A DNA stretch of 61,024 nt, the filler included, from Sphacelaria rigidula (lineage: Eukaryota): the NCBI GenBank assembly GCA_964200075.2. It is 7 parts of 7 records of this genome, joined end to end, with 100 filler letters (N's around TTAATTAATTAA, not from the genome) between each part and the next. Parts side by side here need not be neighbours in the genome. Positions count along the whole stretch, not along the records: positions 43,662 to 52,293 come from CAXNAA020010544.1; positions 52,394 to 61,024 come from CAXNAA020010545.1; 5 more parts are not named here. One strand, 5' to 3'. Of the stretch, positions 49,797 to 61,024 are shown piece after piece. The position numbers were made by a program, and so were the translations under genes. Each line of letters opens with the position of its first letter. The stretch's first letter is position 1. The notes beneath the pieces were generated by a model. It did not search any database. It had not been told where the DNA came from and worked only from the letters and a program-made list of their open reading frames with translations.

Positions 49797-50785
49797 CTGC
49801 CAGGGGAGACGCAGGGCGGGAGTAGGGGCGGCAGCAGGCGGGAGACACGAGGGAGGAGAGGTGCGGGATGTTATGACTGTAGGTGCGGTGTGGCGGGACA
49901 TTTTTCGAGCGAGGTGCAAGCAATGTTAGACGTAAAGAGTTGCGTGGACAAAAAGCAGGCACATCAGATTAGATTCTACTTTCTCATTCCCATTGTTCCG
50001 GCGGGCGACATGTAGTTCATTCAAGCGTGGGCCACACAGATGGGTTCGGGCACCCGCGGACACGGTGGATTAAAGACTCTTCCATGTTCGGAGAAAGCGT
50101 GGCGAAAAAAATGATGGTGTGGGGAAAGGGGGAGAGAAGAATTGGGGTCGTGTTTCTTCAAAAAACATGCTCGGTACAGAGAGATATTTTGTAGGCCGTC
50201 AATAGTCAATATGGGTGGGCAGAAGCACTACAGCAGAGGGCTCAAGCGACTGATGCTAATACGGCGGCACATTGCAGTAGCGGTGGCAGCGTGATCTAGG
50301 AGCTCAGCCAAACCTTTTAGAGGGCAAGCATGCAGTTCAGTACTTCCGCAACCTTTTCGACGCGCAGAGGTTGCAACAAGAAGCTGGGGGGAATCAGCGG
50401 CGAATTCATGAAGTGTGGGTGAGAGAGGCGGGGTGCACAAAACTTACTGTAAATAAGCCGAACATGCAAAAGTCAGTTGAAAACTGTCGTCGGATAACCT
50501 CCAACACACTCGCAATTTAAGAGTGAACAGGGGTGTAATAGCTCAAACCAAGTACGCATTTGCCAAAAATGGCATATCAACTCACACCAACAAACAAGTA
50601 CAACTCTTGAAGACAACACGAAAAAGTAACCCTCCGGGTATGTCATGTCGCACACACATCCCTCACTGACGACGCCCTTGCCCTCATGTCCTTCGGCCCC
50701 GATACCCCAACGCATTGCAAAAAATTATACCCACAATGCCCTGCATCCCTAAACGTCCCGCCAGCCCCCCACCCAAACAACTGAC

Positions 50786-51493
50786 CATTTTATCTCGCAG
50801 TAGCTCACAGATATACTCGCAGCTCCACTCTTCACGAAGGCCGCCGACAAAAAGCGTCCTGTTTTCGTCCGAGGGGAGAACGCCCAAAAACCTGCCGGGC
50901 TTGAACTCGTAGCGGTGCATGGTTTCGATCGCACGGTTGGCTTGCTCGCTCGTCGCGAACCTCACGTATCCATATCCGCGGCACCGCCGGCGGCGTTTAT
51001 CGCGCGCGATGCGCACCTCGGTAACCTCGCCCGCGGGTTGAAACCAGTCCTTCAGCATGTCACGTCGAGTGCTACGAGTGAGGCCCCCCACGAAGATTTC
51101 GACACCTGGACGAGGCCGACTGCTCCCGAGCACAGTACTGCTGGTGTTGTTAGTGTTACCATGGTGCCAGCTAGAGGAAGAGACAGTTGGGCCCATGCAC
51201 AAGGCATCCGTGTCATAACAGACATCATCATCGTCATCTAGGGCGTTATCCAGGTCGCTGAAACACAGGGGTGGGTCGTCAACGTTCCCGAGGTCGTCCG
51301 GTTGCGCGGCGGTTCCTGAAGGTATTTCGCAAGTAACATTTTTGGCGTTTTCCGCTTCTTTTGTCAAGACTGCGCCCTCCACCGCTTTCCCTTCGTCCAA
51401 GAGCGGGGGAAAAGGCTGTCGATAACCTGCCCACGTATCGCATGGGAAGAGCTGCTGCGACCCTTGGGGGTGCGGCCCCTGCTGCGGCGGCAT
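50786..51493 (-). CDS. hnRNP Q/R (SYNCRIP/RBM47)-like RNA-binding protein, exon 1 (RRM1 and start of RRM2); whole gene ~1277 aa
   Basis: EIFVGGL (RNP2), RGYGYVRF (RNP1), GRFLGVLPSDENRTLFVGGL (typical RRM1-RRM2 junction of this family); donor ATG|gtcagt. Confidence 0.88.
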
Positions 51494-52293
51494 AGTGTTT
51501 CTGCTTCACGTTTTTCCCGCTGTCGCGGCTCCTGTGTGTTCGTGTGGGGTTTTACCTGGCTGGATTTTCGGGAGTCGGTTGTGTGCATCCTGCTCTGAAC
51601 CCGATTTTATGGTAGTATTTCGGCATTTTGGCTTTTTTTTTTTTTACCGGCTCTATTATTGGATGACGAGGATCGAGTCATCCGCCAGTTTCACTGGCTC
51701 TAGGTATCACCGCTTCCCCATGTTGGACACATGAGCCTACCGTAGTCTTTTTTCGAGTGAAAATGATGCCGATTCGGTAAGAGATAAATACACCTCATTG
51801 CAGGTCACAGCACTCACCTGCGTGCTTCGAAGTTATCTCAACGTACGTAATTTATGCGATGTCGGGGTAGAGGCGATAAGCACGCCTCCTACCGATGACT
51901 TTCAGTTGCATGGGCTATTTTCGTGCTATTCATTTTTGATGATATTGTTCGACACTTCTGCAACGTATTGTGATGGCTGATATGTGTGCTCGAGTGTGAG
52001 ATAACAGTAAAGAGATGTGTGGGTCCTACAAAACCTATAAGTGATGAGGAGGCCCCGCCTGCTACGAGTAGGAGAAAATATGCCCTGTATGTCTAGGGGG
52101 GGGGGGGGATATGTATGATTGGTTGTAGCTGCAGTTGCCAAAAATCTCACATGAAGTCCTAGGCAGTGGGCGCGGTTAGACGGGAGCGCAGAGCGGGTCA
52201 AAGGCTCTTCCTCCAGCCTAAACTGTTCCAAGGTAAGGACAAATCATCACGACTTAAAATCACCAAATTCACGATTTCTTCGGCCTGATTGCC

Positions 52294-52393
52294 NNNNNNN
52301 NNNNNNNNNNNNNNNNNNNNNNNNNNNNNNNNNNNNNTTAATTAATTAANNNNNNNNNNNNNNNNNNNNNNNNNNNNNNNNNNNNNNNNNNNN
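52294..52393. other. Artificial contig spacer
   Basis: N44-TTAATTAATTAA-N44. Confidence 0.99.
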
Positions 52394-52439
52394 TCCCACT
52401 TTTGTAGGAAGAATACGATGGCTATACTAGGAGATAGAC

Positions 52440-52640
52440 GGTGGCCAGAGACGGTGAAACAGGACGGGGATAAGATATGTAAAATGTCTTTGTGTAATGT
52501 ATGGAAGAAACGTAATGAGCGCCGGAATTTTGGAGGTGACTCTATCAGGAATAGGAACGGTGCTCCGTATCGAAAGAGATGCGTAGTCAATGATCAAACG
52601 ACCAAGGCAAGCAACAAATGAGTACGCCCCGCCCCTCCCC
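52440..52640 (-). repeat. Dispersed G-headed repeat, long copy
   Basis: Reverse complement of the 4283-4480 family. Confidence 0.85.
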
Positions 52641-52652
52641 CACTTTTTTCAC

Positions 52653-52981
52653 CTCTCGATGCGTTCCTTCGTTCTGATGGCCTGCTGCTCCGCGTTCTCG
52701 ATCCCCTCGGTCTCCCTCCTCTTCCCCGCCGCGCTCGCGTGATGAGGAGAATAGCCACTACTAGCGGCAGTAGCGGCGGCAGCAGAAGTGGAAAGATTTG
52801 AGCTGGGGGGCATGACTCCGAAACGCTGAAAATGGGTTGAAACAGTCGCTTCTCGAGTTCGGCCGATAAGTACTCTTGTCGCCGGCTTCACTGGAGCAGC
52901 GGCAGCGGTGGTGCAGGTCTTCGAGGGGGTGGTCACGCGAGCTGATCCTGAAGCCATTCGGTCCTTCTTGTCTCGTCCTAA
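52653..52981 (-). CDS. Tho1/SARNP-like gene exon 6 (HFQRFGV...KERIER)
   Basis: tttcag| acceptor, phase 0; donor AG|gtgaaa (or TGA at 52649). Confidence 0.7.
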
Positions 52982-53346
52982 CTGAAACCTAATCTTACGC
53001 TCGTGCAGCTTAAGTGCCTGACAAATAAGGTAGCCGGAAAACGCAGGAAGGACGACACGGGATCCAATTCCTATGAAACAAATATCGTTTTGGGTGAGGT
53101 TCAACACCTCGTATAGTTTTTGCCGTACTGAAGAGTCGTTTCCCGTGTACCTTCCCTCTGTAAGCAGTACCCTCATTGCTTGGCGGCGTTTGTATTTGGC
53201 ATTTTCCGCAAACAGGGGCGCGCGGAGATAATAATATGCTCCATGTTCGTTTTTTTAACAAAAAAGTGCGACTGTAGTCCATAGAACGTTTTGTGCAGCG
53301 CAAGTTCCGCACTTATCACCCTTTTCACGCGCGGAATGCGTTTTAC

Positions 53347-53679
53347 CTGGGCATCCCTTCGTGCCTCCAGCCCGGCAGTCACCCTGTCACTAATGCCTAT
53401 TTCTTCCGAATCCAGCGCCATGCCTCCATTGAACCCCACACCAACTGTAGCGTCATTGGTACTTGATGATTTGGGAGTGAAACGTTGTGGTGACAATCGT
53501 GTCGCTGCGGTGACTGGCGTCGCACCATTGTTTCTCTTCGCGGGTCGAACGCGCTTTTGACGTTGTGGCAGGGGATTGAAAGAATACGTCATCAGAGATT
53601 TTGTCTCCCCCGTTTGCTGCAGGTGTTCAGCGTCGAATCGCGTTGGCGGTGTTGAAGCCACTTCGCTGCAGCTCGTCAC
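53347..53679 (-). CDS. Tho1/SARNP-like gene exon 5
   Basis: gacag| acceptor, CAG|gtaaaa donor, 333 bp, phase 0-0. Confidence 0.7.
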
Positions 53680-54146
53680 CTGTCGGGTGGTCAAAAGTCA
53701 TCGGTAACGGAGGGGTTGTTGTACCGTAGTGCGTGTTGTAGTGGAGCAGCAAGCCCAAGTTCGGTGGTCAACAATGTGATCGGCACCGAAATTTGCACAC
53801 ATTCTTTCTTGCCAGCGCTGCGATGTTCTCAGCATCATGCTCCGACTAAGACAAAAGCCCCTCGGCTGCTGCACCTAGCTTTCCAGCAGGCCCTTCGCCC
53901 TACAAGTACAACCATGGCTCTGACATCACCACTGCACTATTTTCACTTGAACCCTACCTACTGCGTACGAAGCTCCACCACAAGCCGCTGGCAGGAAGGA
54001 CTACACATGTCAAAAATTCAAGATGTTAATGGACGTCGACGGGATGATGCTCGGAATCGAACTCACTATGCTGCACGAACCAACACTTTATCGTTGTTTG
54101 TGTGCATTCATGCTATATGTCAATTTGACATCGCTTGGTACCCGAA

Positions 54147-54220
54147 GCTCTCGTAGCTCAGTTGGTTAGAGCGGTTGCTTAGTAAGCAGCAGGTCCATGG
54201 TTCAACTCCGTGCGGGAGCT
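54147..54220 (+). tRNA. trnT-AGU: tRNA-Thr(AGT)
   Basis: Acceptor GCTCTCG/CGGGAGC; D arm GCTC/GAGC; anticodon stem GTTGC/GCAGC with loop TT-AGT-AA; T arm CATGG-TTCAACT-CCGTG; TTTT terminator at 54226. Confidence 0.93.
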
Positions 54221-54236
54221 ATAACTTTTGCCACCG

Positions 54237-54310
54237 CGCCACGGTGGTGTAACGGTACAAGTCACACAATTCGGGCGGGAAAATCGCGGGTTCGTTTCCC
54301 GCCAATTGTG
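54237..54310 (+). pseudogene. tRNA-like element / SINE head directly after tRNA-Thr
   Basis: A box TGGTGTAACGG and perfect T arm GCGGG-TTCGTTT-CCCGC; D, anticodon and acceptor stems poor. Confidence 0.6.
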
Positions 54311-54644
54311 TCTAGTGTGTATGTGTTTCTTGTCGCAAGTATCTGATCTCCGTCGTTGCATACGTACTTGATTTTCGTCGTTGATATGTTTGGTTGATAT
54401 GTATGGTTGAAAGCACGAGGGCTTGAGTAGCAAAAAGAGTACGTTTGGCTCGGTTTGTTAGCCGACAGTTGACGCCGTATGAGAGTGGTGATGGTCATGA
54501 TCCAATCCGCGATATCAAGCTGTACCGGCGGCGAGATGGGTTGATCTCTTCAGACCACGGACCCGTCCCAAGGAAAGGGAGGAGTTACAAGTGAGAACAA
54601 AAAAAAGAGGGGTGGAGTACTTTGGGGGTACATATCACACTCAC

Positions 54645-55550
54645 CAGTAATGGACGTGCCACCTTCACCCCAAATCTATCCGCCCTGCGGGCCATCCTCT
54701 GGGCCATGTCGCTCGTCACACCAGCAGGTTCCATCACTGCAGGGGGTGTTCGCTCGGCTATGATTTCAGCGGGAGCCACGAACCGCACTCTACGATTGCT
54801 TGGCGTAGCTCTGGCCATACCCTTGACAACGCCGCCAACGTCGCGTTGGCTCAGCAGCGAGGAGCGAGCACTATTAATACCAAGGTTGGGACGTTCCTCG
54901 GAATCACGAACGCCGTTCGCATCGCACGAGAGCGTGTAATGTTTTGCTTCTTGCTTGTCGTCAGAATGGCCGTCTACTTTCCTTGGGGAGTCTTTTGTCG
55001 AAAGCGCTGAGCCGAACCTTTTCTCTCGGAGTTTCATCCTGTCCAAGAGACTTGGTGGCGAAGTCGAGAAAGCTCCAGTATCATTCTTGGAAGGTCCAAG
55101 GGGAGACTTCTCGTGCCGGCACCCAGTTGGAGTAGCCCCGTAGCCATCGACCGCGATCGTTTTCACGCATTTTTCATCTTGTTCTCTTTGCCGCTTTCCT
55201 CTAGGGCACTCCGGTATAGGTTCGCAGCTCCCAATGACCGCTAGGTTAATAGTTAGACCAGTCGTGCGATCGTATGGATCCTTTGGTCGATGACCAACGT
55301 GACACTTGTTGTCTCCTTTAGTTCTGACCATATTGGCATGCCCACGCGTGACAGCAGACGGAAAGGTCTCAACATCTAAAGAACCGCGGGGGGGTTTTCC
55401 ACCGCCGGTGCACCCTACGCTAGTCAAGATGGAGTCGGGTGCAGCCTCCGGCTTCTCTATTGCGATGTCTATGTTCTCCGTGCTTCGGTGGTGTTTGATT
55501 CGTTTGATGTCGCTCCTCTCGCAAACGTTCCCAGTCAAGTCGACGCTCTT
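54645..55550 (-). CDS. Tho1/SARNP-like gene exon 4 (RMKLREKRFG, RMARRADRFG)
   Basis: Open frame, donor CTG|gtgagt; acceptor position approximate (55550 or 55547). Confidence 0.75.
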
Positions 55551-56147
55551 CTCGTGGTGGTTGTTGTCGCCAACAACAACCATGTTGCAATCATGAGCCA
55601 ACGAAGACAAACAGTAAATGGCGAGGTACAGTAACGCAATCAATACATGAGAGAGACTAGAGTGTTTCGGAGACCACGTAGTGTGGCGATAGCAAGAAAA
55701 CTACCGTATACTGTTTTGTAAGGCTCGGCATGAGTACAGAGGCGGCACGCTATTGAAAAGCATGGAATTGGGTCACGTTTCAATGCGTTGTCCCTGGAGA
55801 TGCTGAACTGCACTTTCCCTAGTGCGTTGGACAGGATTTGGCGTGTGGCCTTTTAGTGAGCCCCGTTTCAAAAATCGTTTTTTGTGTAAAAAACAAGTTA
55901 AGGCTCGACATTTTAGGAATGTGTGTTCCATGATGGGCCGCGTTTGTATCGTGGGATATCTACCACGAAGCCCGAACTGAAGTGTAGGTTCGAAGTAGGC
56001 TGCATCATCAACCATGTACCTGGATCGCAGCAGAGAGTCATGCAATACGAACAATGTAGCTCTCATCCATGCGCACACTTGCAGATGCTAGCTACGACTC
56101 CAACGGCTATGGGAACACCCTTCCGCGTGAAACGCCGCCGTGCTTAC

Positions 56148-56825
56148 CTCTTCAGCGCTGTGTCCAACTTGCCCCATGTCCCCCATACTGGCCTCCTCCA
56201 GCGCAGAATCACCACACAAGTCCTGCACGAAAGGGGTTTTCTCGGCCTCAGCTGCGCTCCTAGTTTCGTTTCTAACCTGTAACGTATCACTTTCCGCCGT
56301 TGTTGATGATGGTAATATACTGTTCCCCTCAATTCTCTCACCGAAACGTAACCCAGATACGTTATTTTCGCATTCGTGGCGTGCTGTTGCCTCAGGGTCC
56401 TTATGGACGAGTTCTCCACGATTCTCACAGGATGATATAGCCGCCGCCGTGATCTCCTCGGCGCTGATCGTTTCAGCATCGCTGGGCTCTGTCGTCATCG
56501 GAATCGCCACATCGTTCACACTAGTAGTTGGTGTAACCTCCCCTGACATATACCCAAGTGATGTGTATTCATCCGATGTGGCTTCATCTGGTCCCTGTTC
56601 AGCCGCCTTTGCTATCGTCTCATCTGGTTTCTGGTCCTCACATGACCGGCCATCTTGGCTACCGGCAATTCTGTCGTTCTCCGCCTCTTCCCTTTCGCCG
56701 TACCCCGGAGGCGATTGCCAAGGTATCGGATCGAAGTTGCCCTTATCAGCGTTGTCGACATTGCCGTCTGCTTTTCGACAACTCGTCAAATTCTGCACCA
56801 TGGCATCAGTGTTCCCCGTCGAAGC
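56148..56825 (-). CDS. Tho1/SARNP-like gene exon 3 (acidic disordered linker)
   Basis: ctgcag| acceptor, GAG|gtaagc donor, phase 0-0. Confidence 0.75.
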
Positions 56826-58964
56826 CTGCAGGGCCAACGTGTCAGTCTAAGCTACATGAAGGAGATGCGTGTGAGATTCACTTCGGGGGAAAGTGGAAGC
56901 TATGCCATGGGGTAGTTCACGACCGTAAAACTGAACAAACTCCAAACGTTTAAAGTCAAGCCCATACTTCCAGCGTGCTTGATATCCAAAAAGTAAGCTG
57001 CCAGACGTCGTCAGACCTCCAAGACTGAATTGGTTCACGGGGCAAGAATATGTCACTGGATTCGGAGCAAGACTGTTCATGTTTGTGAGAAATCGGTGAA
57101 AGTCGACCGCGATCGAGTCAGAAAAACCGGACTGATCTGGTGAGAAACAACAAGTGAGTCGGCTGATTTTCGGAGTCGCCTGGAAACCATTCCACATGCC
57201 ATGAAAGCGATTTACAAAATAAAACTTTATTTAACGAGTTATCTATGTGCATTACGTTACTCCTGTAGCTGCTGAAGATACGTTTGGAATGCCTTAATGG
57301 TGGATATTGACGATACGTAATAAATGTATATTTGAGGGCACACACAGGGACGGCCTGGAGCGGGGGGACTGAGTAATGTACCACGCATCGACTAACGCAT
57401 ACCCTGGTCATCTTTATCTTCAGCGGAGAGGGAAATTTTCCTGGAGTTTCTCCATTAATTTTGCTACGCTATCGGACGGCGCTGACCACGAACAGTAAGA
57501 GTATTCTTCTATGTTGGACGTCTTCTGTCTGTCGTCTCCAGGATTACCTTTTTTCGTTCGGTGTTGCTAGCGAAGTAACCCTAGATTGCAGATAATACAT
57601 GAATAGAGGCGAAACATCCATGCAAATAACAGCAGCGTGCAACTCTGTTTGGTGCCGGTTTTCCACCTGCCACACGAGCTGGTTCACGCTCATCACCCAA
57701 AATTGTGCCATCAGCAAAGGCCTTCCGCAATACTTACCATATAGTCACATATATGGTATCATACTGAACCGCATGGACAACTCAAGAGAGTGACTTAGCC
57801 AGATGTTGTTCAAGGCCATAGGGATGGTTCTAAGGGCGAACAGGTACCTCGATCAATCAGCGGTCCTCAAGTTGTTCTGAAACTAAATCTATGTCTCACT
57901 ATAACTTTTACCCAAGCTCCATATGGTTCAAATAGTGGTAACCGCCATCAGCTAGGGAGTGAAACGGATAAAACACCGAAAAGTTTTACCATGGGATTAA
58001 ATGACATCCCAAACAGTGGTACAGTATTCCGGTGATGTGGGGTTTTGGCGTCGTCGGATATCCACTGATGATCAGCATTTAAGAACCAGAAAGCCTCTCG
58101 ATCGTTTCCACCACATCTGTCCAAGAAAAGCGCGGACTGCCCTCGAACTTCGCTGCTTGGTAGGGAAAAGTGCTCCAAATGGAAAAAAGTATCGCCGACA
58201 AATATTTCAAAGTTGATTAGCCCTTCACCGTATTCCGGGGGTCACGGCGTGAACATCTCCGGAAGCCGGTACAGAATGCCTTAACAAAAAAGATACAACC
58301 GTGCGTCCCGGAGAAGTCTGAGGAACATATCCACAAATATCCTTGCATAACTCGAGACCCTGTTGATCTTTTTTCTCGTTTGCATAGAAAAATCAAGTAG
58401 GTAGGAGTTTTACCTTTCAAGCCCGCTTCCTTGCAAAAAAGCACAAATACCCACGCCGATGTTTGGAGTTTAATGATGAAATTCGCACGCACATATCATA
58501 TCATGAGACATTACAAACATTCGAATTCGTGGGTTTTTCAATTTCATTTTCACCAGCTATCAGAGGTCTCCGAAGGGCGTGTAACTTCCCAAGAACCCGG
58601 GACCCCCGAAACTGGTGAAAAAATACTTCATTATCCTACTCATCTAAACTTTCGTAATGCACCTTAGTGTAAAGTATGTGCGCAGAATTTCAGCGTCTAT
58701 CTAGGGGTCGGCGTGAACGTTTGCGGATGAGTAAACCCCGGGTGATGAGCATGAACCAGCTCGTAACATGACAACGAATCAATCGTTCGGATCATCCATG
58801 TATGGTAGGATCCGCTGCGATTCTAACGTGAGGTAAAACAACCACTTGTCCATCGCCTATTAGCTGTGGTAGGTGCTCAGCAGTGATTTCTACAGTATTC
58901 GTTCTCACGGCAACAGCAGAATCAAGACCTTCTGGATCTTTGCCACACCATCAGAAAAACGCAC

Positions 58965-59156
58965 CTCTACCGTAGCTTCCGTCATCTCAGTGTCGGTAGA
59001 TCCGGATTCGGCATTGCCACTTGTACTGAGTACTGCGCCAGGCAAGGCACCGAATTCCTCAACATCCAGGGCCGCCTGCAAACGCTGGGCGAGGTCGAAC
59101 TTGAGCCCAGTTTGACTCAGTCCTCTTTTTCCCAACTCTGTCTTGAGCTCCGACAC
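58965..59156 (-). CDS. SAP-domain exon 2 of a Tho1/SARNP (CIP29/MOS11)-like mRNA export factor
   Basis: [30 protein letters not shown] is a SAP consensus; tacag| acceptor, GAG|gtgcgt donor. Confidence 0.88.
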
Positions 59157-59637
59157 CTGTACCCACCACGGTGATGGATGATAAAGCATAACGAGATTCC
59201 ACAATGCGCGCTCAAGAACGGGTTACTCTTTTCAGTGCATGTCCTAATTAGAAGGTCCTCGAAATCTGTACCCGAACTTGTTGGTCGTACGTTAATGTGT
59301 TTTCACCCTGTTGATAGAGGCGATGATTGGCATTTGGAGCTTTCTGTTCGTGACAGATTTAAATTAGCGACGTTCTTGCCATGCTTCTCTCGAATCATTT
59401 TTGGAGATGGCAGGTATATGTACCCACTGGATCCATTACAATTGCTACATTACAGTGCGATCTGCCGCAGTGTCGTAGATCTCGAGCTTCCGTGGGCTGC
59501 ACGGCAATGTATATCCTGGGCGAAGGCGGCGTGCACTAAAATACTACCAGTACAGTACTATACTATACTGCACCGTGCTGTACTGTACTGGAACGCGATC
59601 TTTATGAAGATATCTTCGGCTGCTTGAAATACCGTAC

Positions 59638-59667
59638 CTTCAACCTAAGTGGGTTGCCCTCTTCCAT
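59638..59667 (-). CDS. Exon 1 of the SAP/Tho1-like gene (MEEGNPLRLK)
   Basis: ATG at 59667, AAG|gtacgg donor; completes the SAP motif LKVSELK. Confidence 0.8.
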
Positions 59668-59923
59668 CTTTCCACCGCGTCGACCGCCCGGAAGGGAAGA
59701 TAAGGCTGGTATTCACCGTTGCGGATTTTACTTTAACGGCAGGTGACACCGCACACAAGGATTCCTGATCCCCTGGCAGCCGACACCACCACGGGAATAT
59801 GATTCTGGCATATATCCTTTGGTCATTATCTAAGATTATTGGATGATGACTATAACATAAATGTCGCCATGGAGCGATTGCGGCGGTGCCCATCAAAGAG
59901 AGGGCGTGGAGAACGCGATCATC
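59668..59923. promoter_or_regulatory. Candidate bidirectional promoter (256 bp between divergent ATGs)
   Basis: Head-to-head arrangement of the SAP gene and PRMT5; positional inference only. Confidence 0.6.
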
Positions 59924-59999
59924 ATGGGTGACAACGCCAAGGTCGTGGTCGGATACGAGACAAACAGCGTTCCGGATCTCAACAAGCTCCTGGATGAGG
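59924..59999 (+). CDS. PRMT5: Protein arginine N-methyltransferase 5, exon 1 (MGDNAKVVVGYETNSVPDLNKLLDE)
   Basis: G|gtgaaa donor; an in-frame upstream ATG at 59861 is possible. Spliced product resembles the PRMT5/Skb1 TIM-barrel N-terminus. Confidence 0.75.
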
Positions 60000-60581
60000 G
60001 TGAAACACCAATAGTAACGTATTTTTCAGGGCTATGCGTTCACCTGTACCTGTTGTACTGATCTATGTCTCTGGTACATTCCGTGCTGGACTCTTCTGTA
60101 CCCACCGTACACTACATGTCCTACGCCGCAGGACCGTACAGTACCAACGGCACGGTAGATAGCCAAACGCCTTCTAGTTTACAATGCAATGAATGTCGCA
60201 AAAGATGCGGGCTGGTGGCTTTGATCGAGCTAGTGCGCTGTCTGTGTTGTCGAAAATAGGCGCGATTTGTCGCGTTCATAGAACAAGAGGACATCACACT
60301 GTCTCCACTACAGTACAGTGTGGCGGCGTATCTGAACTCCCCCATCTACGCCTGTCACTCCACCCGCCGACTGACGTTCAGGGTAGGTCTGCAGGCCGTG
60401 CGTCGTGCTCCATGTGTTGTTTGTTGTGTGCTGGATGTCGGGAGTTTGACTTCTTCCTTTTGCGTTGTTCTGTGCTCGCACGTGTGCGTGCATATTCGTC
60501 GTTTTTGCTCTCCTCGGTGCCCCGTCGTGTGCTACATGTTCCCCGTTTGAATTGCTGTATAATTTAAAAAACGATTGGCAG

Positions 60582-60619
60582 CTCGGAAGGATCACTTCGA
60601 CTTCGTGGCCGTACCGCTG
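60582..60619 (+). CDS. PRMT5: PRMT5 exon 2 (ARKDHFDFVAVPL); gene runs off the window
   Basis: ggcag| acceptor and CTG|gtgagt donor; phase 1 matches exon 1. G...VPD....L..A....FDF..vP matches the PRMT5 N-terminus. Confidence 0.78.
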
Positions 60620-61024
60620 GTGAGTTGCCATTAGACAGACCGCGGATCCGCCCCCTTGCGGATTTGTAGGGTTGGGTACCGGCGCTGCGCGCCAGCACCA
60701 GGTGTACTGGCTGCGGTCAGCAGCCAGTAGACTGGATCCAAACAGTAGACTGGTGTCGCGGCGAAGCCGCAACCACCGCCCCCCCCCGGCTGGTGAGGGG
60801 GCCCCGCCGGAGGCGTGTTTTTACGCGATTTGGCTTCACTAGAAGATGTTTTTTGGGTGATTTTGGGCCACTCTGATGCTGCCCGACTCGGGTATAAATA
60901 GTAAGTACATGAAAACACTTTGATTGTAGGCGACGGTCGATTATCAACTATGTTGGCCACATTTGTGTTGACACCGGTGGATGATGTAATCATATGACGT
61001 GTACCACACATCCACCATCATGTT

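Overview
Eukaryotic nuclear DNA, most likely from a brown alga or related stramenopile. This is inferred from the balanced GC content, long GT-AG introns, CAG/CAA microsatellites and repeat landscape; it is not proven. The window is not one locus. It is seven unrelated contigs of 8633, 8632 (x5) and 8631 bp, apparently length-sorted and joined by 100-bp artificial spacers (N44-TTAATTAATTAA-N44). Contig 1: first two exons of a Nup50/Nup2-like nucleoporin, with TE relics in the intron. Contig 2: 3' end of an LTR element carrying two tandem arrays, a decayed LINE and microsatellites. Contig 3: a disabled Ty1/copia element with its 3' LTR, plus exons of an unknown gene. Contig 4: a heavily decayed copia RT and repeat arrays. 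Contig 5: a perfect 96-bp inverted repeat, MITEs, SINE-like pieces and a possible transposase relic. Contig 6: a 3-exon hnRNP Q/R-like RRM gene. Contig 7: an enlarged SAP-domain Tho1/SARNP-like gene with an intronic antisense tRNA-Thr(AGT), head-to-head with the first exons of PRMT5. I found no convincing novel multi-gene system. The most unusual items are the repeat/spacer-like array inside an LTR element, the split RRM and the perfect inverted repeat. All family assignments come from reading motifs by eye, not from database searches.
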